In this document: positions 52,373 through 64,000 of the stretch, one piece after another
How positions within the stretch are numbered: the stretch's first letter is position 1
How the letters are laid out: the number at the start of each line of letters is the position of its first letter
DNA from: Rhynchobatus australiae
Taxonomy: Eukaryota
Length of the DNA stretch: 64,000 bases
Reading direction: 5' to 3'
Assembly (NCBI GenBank): GCA_034780895.1
Contig: JAUZTB010000001.1
Location: 109,167,453-109,231,452 of the forward strand
The notes under the pieces: model-generated
What the model was told of the DNA's origin: nothing
Seen by the model: the letters and a program-made list of their open reading frames with translations, nothing else
Databases searched by the model: none
Position numbers and translations under genes: made by a program

Positions 52373-52529
52373 CTGTAGAATGCCATCCATTTCCCCATTC
52401 AGTCTACCAAGGTCATGCAGCACATCAGCAGCTCTCTGTACAGCTGGGTTAGTTTTGCAAGATGCTGATCGAGAACCCCTAGAGGGGTCTACAAAGGTTG
52501 TAAACGATTCAGTCAGTGGGTTGCTTGAG
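52373..52529 (-). CDS. KIAA0586: TALPID3 internal coding exon (157 bp, phase 2 to 0)
   Basis: Acceptor tttttttttag and donor CAG|gtaatg. Encodes SSNPLTESFTTFVDPSRGSRSASCKTNPAVQRAADVLHDLGRLNGEMDGILQ; DVLHDLG matches recalled vertebrate TALPID3. In phase with the next exon. Confidence 0.85.
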
Positions 52530-52779
52530 CTAAAAAAAAAGCAAATGACATTCACCATCTGAAAACTATACATAGATATATATTAACCCTTAACAGAATA
52601 ATGCAATTTAATTTTAACATGTTCATAAATGTTACAATGTTGAAAGATATTTAAAACAATGCTAACTTCAACCAGTGAATGACTAATAAACATTATCATT
52701 ACACTAAAAATTACAAACAGGACTGTCTGGGCAGTATTATTGCTTCATCCTGTTCTGGATCACCAAACATATTTTTACC

Positions 52780-53551
52780 TATGTTGGCTCCATCCTTTAT
52801 TCTGGTCCAGTCCCTTCCCACTTGTACCTGTGACATCTCTGACATTCTCAACCACTTCAATAGTTTCCAATTCCCTCATGTCAATTGGCTCATCTTCACC
52901 ATGGATGTAAAAGCCCTCCACACTTCCATCCCACATCAGGAGGTCTGAGGGCCCTCTCCTTTTTCCCTGAAGAGAGGACCAAGCAGATCGCCACCACCTC
53001 AACACTTATTCACCTGGATGAACTGTTCTGATGTTGAACAATTTCTTCAACTCCATTCAATTTCTTCTTTTCAAAAGTACAGTTGCGAGAATTTGCATGG
53101 GCTGAGCTAATCTTTTCTTTGTTTCAACACACAAAATTTTGGTGCAACTCGGTAAGTCAGGCAGCATCTATGGAGGGAAATAGGAGGGACTGTTGACATT
53201 TCAGGTCAAGACTCTTCCTCTCAAGTGAAAGATAGAGGACAGATAGCCAGTATAAAACAGTGGTGGGAAGGGGTGGAGCAAGAGTTAGCAGTTGATAGGG
53301 TGGATTCAGATGAGAGGGGCTTGATAGGCAGATAGGGGAGGGGAAAATAGGAATAGCGTCAGAAGCTGGGTGGTGATAGGTGGAAGTGACAAAAGGCTGA
53401 AGATGATGGAATCTGATAGGAGAGGAAGGTGAAGCATGGAATAAAGGGAGGGAAGGGCAGAGGGGAGTAGTGGGGGAGGGGAACCAGTGAGAGGAATGTG
53501 TGGGTGGTGTGCAGATGGAGAGGGGAAAGAGACATGGTGAAAGAGATGTCT
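52780..53551. mobile_element. Penelope-like RT fragment (+) followed by an opposite-orientation pLTR
   Basis: LVQSLPT...DILNHFNSFQFPHVNWLIFTMDVKALHTSIPHQE is a PLE RT motif; the pLTR begins at ~53125. Confidence 0.8.
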
Positions 53552-53749
53552 NNNNNNNNNNNNNNNNNNNNNNNNNNNNNNNNNNNNNNNNNNNNNNNNN
53601 NNNNNNNNNNNNNNNNNNNNNNNNNNNNNNNNNNNNNNNNNNNNNNNNNNNCTGTTGGCTCTATCCCTTGCACCTCAGTGGCAGAAGTCAGATCTACTTT
53701 CACGAAGGCAGCAAGCCCAGACCAGATGGAACCCCTGACTGGGTTCTGA

Positions 53750-54870
53750 GATCATGTGCTAATCAACTGGCCACTGTCTGGGCAATGCTGATACATTGGT
53801 AATGCCCACATCAGTGCCAGCCTCCCAAACAATCTAGACTCCCTCCAATTTGCATGCAGGTAAAATAGGTCTTAGAAAGACACAATCTCTCTTGCACTGG
53901 GTCACCTCGACAGCAAGAATACATATGTCAGGATGTTGTTCACTGATTACACCTCAGCCTTCTGCACCATAGTTCTAATAAGCACATCACTAAACTCTTA
54001 GACCTTGATCTTGGAGCCCTCATCTGTAACTGACTTCTAGGCTGGGAATGGCAGACCACAGTTGGCTAACATTTCATCCTCCCTGATCTCATGATGGTGC
54101 TCCCTAGAGTTGCGTGCTCAGTCCTCTGCTCTACTCCCAGTATACCCATAACTGTGTGGCCAAATACAGTGCCAACTCAATCTTCTAGTTTGCCAATGGC
54201 ACCATTGTTATAGGCTGAATTAACAACAATGAAGAGACAGAGTACAGGAAAGAGATTGCAAACCTTTCATCATGATGTCAGAACACAACCTTGCCCTTTA
54301 CATCAGCAAGACAAAAGACCTGGTTGTTGACCTAAGGAAGTGGGGATGGGGCGTGTGTGCAGTCAACCCTGTCCTCAACGGAGCTGCTGTAGAGATGGTC
54401 GACAGCTTCATGTTCCTAGACATTCACATTACCAGCAACCTCTCCAGGTCCCTCCACACTGATGCAATGATCAAGAAAACACATCAGTGTATGTACTTTC
54501 TTAAGCATCTGAGAAGATTCAGCTTGTCCACGAGGAGTCTATCATACTTCTACAGGTCTGCTATAGGAAGTATCCTGACAGGTTGCATTTCAGCTTGGTA
54601 TGGCAACTGCTCAACTCTAGACTGTCGGAACCTGCAGAGAGTGGTAAACACTGCCCAGTCCATCACAGGCTCAGTACATCCTTCCATCCAGTCCATCTTC
54701 ACAGGGCAATGCATCAGGAAGGCTAACATTATTGTCAAGGATACCTGACACCCTGGCCGTCCCTATTCTCTCTTCTACCTTCTGGGAGAAGATACAGGAG
54801 TTTGAAAGCCTAGCTGACCAGACTCAAGAACACCTTTTCCCTCCACTACTATCAGACTTCTGAACCAATC
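53750..54870 (+). mobile_element. Rex1/Babar-clade LINE RT to C-terminus (frameshifted)
   Basis: LDSLQFA, HLDSKNTYVRMLFTDYTSAF.TIV, HNLALYISKTKDLVVD and FYRSAIGSILTGCISAWYGNC..LQRVVNTAQSITG motifs. Confidence 0.88.
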
Positions 54871-54949
54871 TTCCCTTTCACATCCCCTTTCAGTGGTGCT
54901 GCCACATTCTTGAACCTTTAAATCTGCCTGATTCTAAAGTGACAATAAT

Positions 54950-55200
54950 GAACAGAATTATTATCACTCACTTATAATGATGTGAAACTTATTGGTTTGC
55001 AGCAGCAGTAAACTCCAAAGACATAGAATTACTCTATGTTACAAAAATAAATAAACAGTGCAAAAAAAGCAACAACATGTTCATGGACATTCAGAAATCT
55101 GATGGTGGAGGGGAAGAAGCTGTTTCTGAATCATTGAGTGTGGGTCTTCAAGCTCCTGTACCTCCTCGCCAATGGTAGTAACAAGAGAGCATGTCTCAAA
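54950..55200 (-). mobile_element. Rex1-type LINE 3' end
   Basis: cagaattattatcact tail; gaagctgtttctgaatc...ttcaagctcctgtacctcctc is the reverse of the GRRYRSL C-terminus. Confidence 0.65.
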
Positions 55201-55639
55201 AGATAAATAGGTCTTAAGAACTGTTTACATATTTTCCTCCAGCAGATTGCATGTTGCTTCAGATTCCAGCAAATGCAGTCTCGTGTCTCTAGTTTACATG
55301 TAACCTCCCTGCAATAATCAAACAGAAGCCTTACGTAACTGCCTGTAATTGTTTAAATAGAAACTACTGTGTTACTTCTGCAGGAATATTTGCAAAGAAA
55401 AACATCAAGTAAATACAAAGCACCGATTCAATGAAAATATTGTGAAACTACCTTTCTACAAGTAGAAAACAAAACCTAAACCAGTTCATGGACTCCCAAA
55501 CTCAACCAGTGAAACCAAACAAATAACACACCTGACAATAGTGCACAATACAGGATGATACAAACTCATCCTTATTTCAGTTTGGTTGTGTTTTTGGTCT
55601 CCCTCCTACCCTAGTCAGTTTGTGCTTCTCTTCCTTGAT

Positions 55640-55840
55640 TAACACACACAAAATGCTGGAGAAACTCAGCAGGCCAGGCAGCAACTATACAGGGAAATAA
55701 ACAGTCAACATTTCCAGTCATCAAACACCCGAAACGTTGACTGATGATTTCCCTCCATAGATGCTGCCTGACCTGCTGAGTTCCTCCAGCATTTTGTGTG
55801 TTGCTCCAGATTCCAGCATCTGCAGTTTCTTGTGTCTCCA
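55640..55840. mobile_element. Penelope-derived hairpin element
   Basis: acacacaaaatgctggagaaactcagcagg... inverted with ...cctgctgagttcctccagcattttgtgtgt, plus the terminal cagcatctgcagtttcttgtgtctcc. Confidence 0.8.
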
Positions 55841-55959
55841 TTGTCTTTGTTTCAGTCTTCTTCAGGCTCATAAATTTCATTACTTTTGCTGCCTATTTCC
55901 ACCCCACTCTCACCTTCACGTGATCAATCCATGACCATTCCTTTTCTGGATTTCTCCAT

Positions 55960-56970
55960 CTCAATCTCAGGGAATAGACTGGCAACAAACATCCATTACA
56001 AGTCTATAGATTCCCATGGTTAACATGACTATACTTCCTTCCAGGAGTCTCTTTCTCCCAGTCCATTCTTGTTGCACTTTCCCACGAATCACAGTAGATG
56101 CAAACAGCTGTCCATTCACCTCTTCCTTTCCCAAGATCCAGAAACCCAAACATTCTTTCCAGGTGAAGTAGCAATTTACTTCGATTCTCCACCCTGGTAT
56201 ACTACATTTGGTCTTCACATTTGTTCATCCAATGTACAGGGGGCCACAAACGTAGATCAGGTGACTGCTTTGCGGAGCATCTGCAGTCAGTCTGCAGGGG
56301 TGACCTTGAGCTTCCTGTTGTCTGCCAATTTAAATCTCCATTCACCGCCACCTTGACCTCTCTGTGCCTGTGGCCTCCTGCAATTTTACTAGGTCCAAAA
56401 CAACCTTGAAGCCTTGAGGAACAGCACCTCATCTTTCATCTGGGCATGTGGCAACCTCTAGACTCAGTACTGAATTCTACAACTTCAGGTAACTTGTTTT
56501 CTCTGCCTGTACCAGAACACGCCATTCTTGTTGCAAGTCATCAATATGATATCAGGTAAATTTTTCTCCCTCGACCTCCAACCTGACCTGCTCAGTGTGA
56601 TCAACAGCCTCACACTTTGCAGCATTTTACATTAATTTGTTTGTATTATCATTCTCTAACTGCCTCATTTCATAGCTTTCCTGTTCCTTTGTTCAGGTTC
56701 TCTCTCTCTTTTACTCCCTCCCTAACTGCCTCCGTTAACCTATTGACTGGATGAACTTGTTGACAACTTATCACCAGATCCATCCTGGCCTTGTCTCCTC
56801 ATGGACATTCTCTTTGTTCATCCCTCCCCCACCTCCTCTGCTACTAAAAACTAACATGTTTTTCTCTCCTAGTTATGACAAAGGGTCTTTAACCTGAAAT
56901 ATTAACTGCTTCTCTTGCTGCCTAACCTGGTGAGTGATTCCCGCATTTTCTGTGTTTATTTCAGATTTCA
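55960..56970 (+). mobile_element. Penelope-like element 3' part (GIY-YIG and pLTR)
   Basis: KRRSGDCFAEHLQSVCRGDLELPVVCQFKSP...LEEQHLIFHLG. Confidence 0.8.
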
Positions 56971-56974
56971 AGTA

Positions 56975-57132
56975 CATAGAACATAGAGTTATGCAGCACA
57001 GAAACAGGCCATTTGAAACAACTGTTCTATGCCAAACAAGGTGTCTACATGAGCTAGTCCATTTGCCTGTGTTTGGCCCATATTCTTCTAAACCTTTCCT
57101 TTCCACATATCTGTACAAATGTCCAACTTATT
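56975..57132 (-). repeat. CR1 3' tail fragment, copy 1 of a ~157-bp direct repeat
   Basis: Highly similar to 58125-58281 and ends at the same ...gtacaaatgtccaacttatt junction. Confidence 0.85.
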
Positions 57133-57486
57133 AGTACAAGGTAAAACAATTAAAAAATGCAGAATGAAGTGTAACAGTTACAGAGAAAGTGCAGTGCAAG
57201 TAGACTATAAGATGCAAGGTCATAACTAAGTAAATTGTGAGGTCACGAGTCCATCTTATCGTACTAGGGAACCATTCAATAATTTTATAACAGTGGGATA
57301 GAAGCTGTCCTTGAGCCTAGTGGTACGTGCTTTCAGGCTTTTGTATCTTCTGCCTGATGGGAGAAGGGAGAAGAGAGAATGTCTGGGGTGGGTGGGGTCT
57401 TTGATTATGCTGGCTGCTTTACTGAGAGAGCAAGAAGTATAGACAGATGGGTGGGAGGCTGGTTTCTGTGATGTGCTGAGCTGTGA
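57133..57486 (-). mobile_element. Rex1-type LINE 3' end
   Basis: gaagctgtccttgagcctagtggtacgtgctttcaggcttttgtatcttctgcctgatggg is the reverse of PSGRRYKSLKARTTRLKDSF. Confidence 0.8.
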
Positions 57487-58124
57487 TCTTCACTTTTAAT
57501 CAATGAACAATATAAAATATTGGCATAATAACCTGCCTTTTCTCTTTCAGGTGTTCAAAGAGGTGCATTTCCAATATTCTTCAGTTTTAAATCATAAATA
57601 TTCTTGGCTAAGTAAATTTAATAAAACTGAGTTAAGTGAAGTTCAGCTGGTAGTAGCATTAAAAATGAAGTAAATGGTCACTTGAGAACAAAGTTTAAAA
57701 TGCCAAGGGAACGAAAAAAAAACTTGTCTCAAACAACAAAGAACACTTTTGCAAGGAAAGATAACATGCACATTCATGCCCAGTTTCCTGCATTTCAAGT
57801 TCATGATTTTGCAAGACCTTGAAAAAAGGCAGTAATTAGGATTTGATGGGGTGCGCAGATGGGAGTAAAAATACTAAGTAGTTCACTAACGGTGTGGTTC
57901 TAGCAATTTCCCAATAATACATTACTGAGCAACTCCACACAAAACTTCAACTACCTTCTTCTTTGAGATTGGTGTGAGGTGAAGCCAAAAAGGTTGTGGG
58001 AAAACAATGTAAATCAGGACAGAATTTAATGTAAACCTCTACAAATTAATGAACAATGTAAAGAAAATCAGAAACCACCCAAGGTACCTGACAAAAAAAA
58101 ATGCTTCTATCACCTTAACTTAGT

Positions 58125-58281
58125 CATAGAATCAGTGTTATGCGGCACAGAAATAGGCCATTCAAACCAACTGTTCTATGCTGACCAAGGTGTCTACATG
58201 AGCTAGTCCATTTGCCTGTGTTTGGCCCATATCCCTCTAAACCTTTCCTTTCCACATACCTGTACAAATGTCCAACTTATT
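58125..58281 (-). repeat. CR1 3' tail fragment, copy 2 of a ~157-bp direct repeat
   Basis: Highly similar to 56975-57132. Confidence 0.85.
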
Positions 58282-58396
58282 TCTCTACTACTTTTAATGG
58301 GGAAGTCAAGTTAAAAATAAGTACACTTTACCTACCTGCAGAAATATTATTTCTTTACTGTGAAGATTAACCAAGGGAATACAGATATATATTTAG

Positions 58397-58660
58397 TACA
58401 ATCAACCCTTGCATTACAAGGGGGAGGGGAGTTACATTCCTAGAAAATGGCCCATATCACAATTTTCTGTAAAAGTCAACTCGTCTGTGCATGGGTCAAG
58501 AAATGAGAGCTAAAAAATTCTTTTGTTTATTTTTTTTCTGCATGAATTCCATGAGAGGAAATTTTATTCCCTATCTCAAATTTTTGGGTAGTGACTTGTG
58601 AATTTTATAAAGGCAAATTCTACTTCCTGAATGACTGTAACACAAGGTCGTTTGTGCTAT
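58397..58660. mobile_element. Possible old Tigger/pogo-type MITE
   Basis: Left end ta|caatcaacccttgcattaca versus right-end reverse complement caaacgaccttgtgttaca; degenerate. Confidence 0.4.
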
Positions 58661-61600
58661 ACACTTAAAAATGACAGCTCATAAACATAAATGAAAATTA
58701 TCTATGCAACTAAATCTCATAACATCCTCTATGTTCAGTTGCCCTGAAGTTCTAGCTTGTGTCCTGGATGCTTTGTGTGCTCATTCCAAGGAAGACAAAT
58801 AGATTCATGTGCACAGATTGAAAACATTCTTGGCAGTTTCAACTGATAGCTTCAGCAACAACTGTCATTTCATAGATTCTGTCAACATGCCCCATAGTGC
58901 CAGAGAAGGCCGACCTGGATATTTCCACACTGAGCTGTTTGGAGGATTCAAAAGGTCAGACTTCAAAAGTATTACTTGCCTTCAGAAAAATGAAGCAAAT
59001 GCAGCAGAATTTAAATCAAGCTGAAACATGGGCAGACAAACCTACTGGATATATAAATCACCCTTGTTGCAAGTTGATTTGTCTCAGGTTATGGACAAAG
59101 TACAATAGCAAAAGTTCTCTGACATAAACAGTTGGCAGAAGTACACAAGCAAATTTGGAGACCAATGACCTTTTAAGTCATGGAAATATTAGTAGCATCC
59201 CCTGCTAAAATCTTCAAAGGCAAATCTAATCCAATTGTCCATGAACCCAGTCCAAAGACACCAATATCCTGAAGATTATGATAAGTTCATGCTGGTAATA
59301 CTTGACTATTGAAAAAAATGATGTACCGATATTTTTCCTTTATCCTAAATACAATGGTTTTTAACTGACCTCAGAATCAATCACATCCATTACTCTGATG
59401 CAAAAGAATAATTTACATGATTGGTATTCAGTTATGTCATAATTTGTACCAAGGAATTAACTATTTATGTAGCTTGTCATCTTTGAGCTGTACCCACTGA
59501 AATATTGAAACCCACATCCTCCCAAGACCAGCGGTTTCTTTTGGTAATTCTGGATCAATTAGAAAAGCTTATGTTTTTTTTAAATTAAATAGAAAGCTTC
59601 TTGACCACTAAAATCTGTCGGATCTGTATTGTATCTTGAAGATTTACAAGATGCCAGTGGCTTAGAAATCAGAATTGTGAGAGGTTTGGAAGATTGACCA
59701 TGATTCCTATTTTAATGGCTATTCAGCAAGTCTTGTTGGAATTCAATGTGTGTGGATGTCCAATGAGATTCATCGATGGAGTGTCCCCATTACAATTGAA
59801 AAGCTCATTGAAGCTCACAGCACATGTCTGGTTCCTATAGAAACAGTATTCGGTGCTTTATGGAGAGGAAAGAATATCAAAATGTGAGAAAACATATTTA
59901 ATAAAAATAGTATTTAGGCTGCATTCCCAACAATTTACATTCAATTATATCTTTGAGACTGATTAAATACAGCTGAAAACTGATAGTCAATAGTGTGATT
60001 TTACCCAACCAGTTGTAGACAACAAAATATTAAACTGCAATATTGATGCCTGCCCTTTTCTGTTCATTTATTTTTCTATACAAGAATCTGAGGCATCAGT
60101 GTATTGCTATGGAAATCTGATTGAAACCAGCACTTTCAATTCCCCTGCAAATGGTAAACAGCTTTTGCCTCAGGGGAATTTCCACTCAGAGTTGGAAGCA
60201 GCTTCCAATAACAGACTTGAATGTGCCTCACAATCCTCTGTACACAATTTACTCACTGCATGTTAAATGGTTCATCAGTCAGTGAATCCAGGTTTTAAGT
60301 CCTGCATATCACGTTACACTTCAGTCACGAAAAACATTTTGTTGATATATGCCGTATATCTAGGCAGCAAACAGATTGTCAGGCTGAAGCCATCAGCTCT
60401 NNNNNNNNNNCTGCATAATCTAAATTTAGATGGTGGCAATATACAAAACTAGACAATATGCTTACATGTTTCAGTGCATGTGCAAAAGCCAAACAATTTA
60501 AAATAAATGTAATGAAAAATGGAATTATTCAGAATCACTCTGCAGAAACAGTGGATTGAGAACTGAATTTGATTCTGTTTTGACAGTCATATGTGGTTTT
60601 GCTCTCCAAGAAGATTTCAAACAAAGGATAACAAAATTACCTGGTAGAGATGGACACAGCATTTTTCCCCATTGTCCTAATTGCCAAAGAAAAAGTGCTT
60701 CTATCAGACAATAAACAGAACCCTAAAGTATTTTCAAATTCACAAAGCACAAGACAAACCTTAATACAATTAGACAAAAGAAATTCTTTTGGAAAGCGCC
60801 CAGCAAAGACAAGGCTACAATGACCATGTGTATGTAAACAGGTATGTGTTTGTAGCCTGGACATAAAAAAATGCAAGAGGATGTTATTATATTTCTCTTT
60901 ACTAACTTCTTTGTGAAGCAAACCTTTGTTCAAACTGTAGACTACTTCACTGGCAGGTCACCCTATTCAAAACTCACTGCAAAAACCATAAGCTATAATA
61001 CTGCAAAATGGATTCCTTCAGACATTCAGAACTTTTAGTTTATTCCTAGGTGGGTTCAAGTTTCTCTTTCTATAACCATGAATAATTTAAACACAAAATT
61101 GATTTCTTTTCCCTTAGGTAGAATTTGAATTTTAGTGAGTACAACATTTCAACAGGGCAATGAAAGTAAATGTCTGCTCTTTTTGGGGGCCAGAGTAGGG
61201 TTTAATCTCATTAAAATTAGTTTCAATGATATTACAAGCATTCACAGAAAATTCCAGGTTTAGGTTAGGCAACACACTACTGTATTTTTGTTTAACTATT
61301 TGGTCTGTCATACCCAGCAGATGACTCAGTAAATGGGTCCATTTACTGAGCCATTCAAAACTGTAAATGTTGTAAAATGTCCCTGTTTCATAACAGCAAG
61401 TTTGGGCACCAAGACTAAAAAGGAGAAATCTGTACAGATGACAAAAAGATTGATCAAAGATAGATTTCAATTAAATTCTTAAAGGATTAGACAGCTATAA
61501 AGAGATTGAGCAAGAAAATTCCAGACAGAGGCAATTTGACTGCAAGGGGAAATACTTATAGGTTCTTGTTCCTACTTCATTATCCTTAAACTTAAGCTTG

Positions 61601-62359
61601 AAATTTAGCACGTGGGTGGATCAGGGAAGCAAGGAAGTACAGAATTTTAGTGGAGTGAAAAAAACATTTTGATTGTCTACCATTTTTCTTTGACTAATCG
61701 ACATTTTAAATGCTATTCCCACTGATGAAGTCATATTCGGGTCCTGCATTGTAAAGATTAGAGTAACTAACATAAATAATAGATAATAGATACCTGGTTT
61801 TTATTTTTTATTGAAATTACAAGAGTCAATAAATGTTTCCCTGGCAAATATGGCTTCTTTGCTTTTACTAGATGTGTGGCATTCTTTAAGTATTTAGTGT
61901 CCATTATTTAATTTAAATTTTGATGAAAATTATTCTAAGTGCACTTGATTCCTTGTGATCAAGTTATTTGTCCCTTTCATGACCCAAGTCTGCCATTTTA
62001 AAAGTTCCTCAAAGGATCAAATGTTTCAGTCATAACATAGTCTTGGCCCAAATTCCACCAGTAAGTCACTGAGACAGTATAAATGTCACCTCTGGTTTTC
62101 TAAATAACAACCAACAACATAAAATCAGCTTTCCACATTCAACCTCAGCAGGTTTGAAAAAAAAAGGCCTGTCTACCAGGCTGTTGAGGTAGTACATAGA
62201 ATAATAAAATTGATATAGTACAGGAGGAGACTATTCAGCCCATTGAGTCTGTACCAGTACAACAATCCAATTATCCCTTTCCCCAATTTTAATTCTGCAG
62301 CCCTGCAATTTTTTTTGCCTGAGTTTTCTCAATTTATCTTTCAGGATACAATATCCTTG

Positions 62360-62800
62360 ACGTGATACTGCACTCTAGAACTAGCCATGCCTTCAGCCAA
62401 GTGCTCCAGCACAGTTACAACTATGGCATCTACCCAACAATGTGGAAAATTGCCCAAATATGGCCTGTCCACAGAAAGGACAAATCTAATCCAGCTAATT
62501 ACTGCCTCATCAGTCGACTTTTAGTGATCAGCAAAGTAATGGAAGCTGTTGTCAACAGCGCTATCGAGTGACACCAACTCTCCTGTAACACCAATATCAT
62601 GTTTGGGTTTCACCAGGATCACTGAGCAGTAGAGCTCATCACAGCCTTGGCCCAAACATGGAGCAGAGCTGGGGTGATGTGAGAATGAACGTTCCTGAAA
62701 TCAAGACTGCATTTGACTCAGTGTGGCATCAAGGAGCCCTGGTAAAACTGATGTAAATGAGTAAAGGGAAAACACTTCAATGGTTACAGCCATACCTTGC
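62360..62800 (+). mobile_element. LINE RT fragment
   Basis: GIYPTMWKIAQIWPVHRKDKSNPANYCLISRLLVISKVME, then FGF and EIKTAFDSVWHQG. Confidence 0.85.
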
Positions 62801-62804
62801 ACTT

Positions 62805-63090
62805 TTCTATATTAAGTTTCATCTGCTACCTGTCTTCACATTCTATGTCATCTTGCAATCAATATAATTCTCTTCATTGATGATCATACTTCCTTGCTTT
62901 GAGCAACATGCAAAGTGTTGAAAATTTACTCTGCATACCCATATTCAAGTAACTGATGCACATCAAAAAAAAGCAGTAGAAAACCACTGGAAAACAGAGG
63001 AACACCACTGTTCACCATTCTATGCTCTGCTTTCCATTCTTCAGCCACTTTCTTATCCAGGCTGCTGATAACCCTTTCATTGCATGGACT
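62805..63090 (-). mobile_element. Old CR1 RT fragment
   Basis: ggaacaccactg (reverse SGVP) and KFA-like motif in degraded form. Confidence 0.55.
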
Positions 63091-64000
63091 TCATGGATGT
63101 GTCTGATTTACAACAAATATAAAGCAAGGCCCAGACTAAAAATTAATTCCAGCATTGATGCTCACACCATTTCATTTTTTTACGTTCATTTGGGAGGACT
63201 AGTTTATCAAACAGAAAATATTACAACATGTTGTTCAACTACTATTACTAACTACAGACCACAAGCTTCTCAGACATCTGGAAGAACTTGCTTACGGTCT
63301 GAAAACAATTTAAGTTCCATTTGATTTTCCTAAGATCAGGATGGTTTTGGATATCTGTTATTTCTGAAGTCTCTTACAAATATTTTAATGAAAATATACA
63401 TGCATCATTAACAATCACATGCAATTTTAAAAGGGAAGTGTAATGACTACATGATATTTCTCTTTTATAATAACACAGACAACTCCTTGTGCTATTTTGC
63501 TTTGGATAGGATACTGAATTTTGCCAAGACTAACCTTGGTTCGGCCCCTGCAAGAAATGCTACCATTTGCCTCCAATTCTTTCCCTGCTCCCAGCTACTT
63601 ACTCAGGCCAAACAAAATTATTTATAACCTGTATTATCCCAAGCTGAGCTTAAATCCTATGAACAGCAATCACTGAGAGTAGCTAACTCCACTTCCAGGC
63701 CCACTGCTGAGATTCTCATTTACAACTCAGTAGCTGCCAGGACCAGCTTCTCCAGCTCTCTCCTCACTGCACTATAACACCAATGACCACACATCAATCC
63801 CAACTCCATCAAACCCTCCTGCCAAATCTTACCTTGCGCAATTTCTAGTTTTTCCTAGTTCATGTGGTTCAGAGACATCCTTTCCTTCTGACTTTGATTT
63901 CAAAATCCTGTCCTCATCTTCAAAACTGTGATTTCCTAAATTTTGCTTTCCCGCACAATCCATTACTTTAAATGTTGGGTTGGATTGGATTATGTCGAAC

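Noticed and set aside
59580-59836. Exon-like segment after a ctatag acceptor on the minus strand
   Set aside because: Stops in all three frames, no suitable donor and no recognisable protein similarity.
60641-60722. Candidate upstream TALPID3 exon (minus; FCLLSDRSTFSLAIRTMGKNAVSIST, donor AG|gtaatt, phase compatible)
   Set aside because: Poor polypyrimidine tract and no resemblance to the expected GNVRLLEQIL-type exon; the true exon probably lies beyond the window. RNA-seq would settle it.

Overview
Eukaryotic, AT-rich, gapped draft sequence; the repeat content (CR1, Penelope, Rex1, RTE, L2/Deu-SINE, Harbinger relics) suggests a cartilaginous fish, probably a ray (inference). The window appears to lie inside one minus-strand gene, KIAA0586/TALPID3. 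Four GT-AG exons (52529-52373, 33145-32919, 23202-23130, 7370-7113) splice in frame and include the conserved coiled-coil motif DAEQILREVQMNKKFIEENLEAIVRAKD...KIRIRKTVDAWI. The rest is large introns filled with decayed transposons; most short ORFs in the track are TE remnants, chance ORFs or N-gap artefacts. Best leads: a TGT...ACA fold-back element with a perfect 5-bp TSD inside a CR1 tail, Penelope-derived hairpin elements carrying minimal hammerhead ribozyme cores, an RTE LINE with twin-priming geometry, and an intronic RFX X-box candidate. I found no convincing novel multi-gene system. Family assignments rest on recalled motifs, not database searches, and TE boundaries are approximate.
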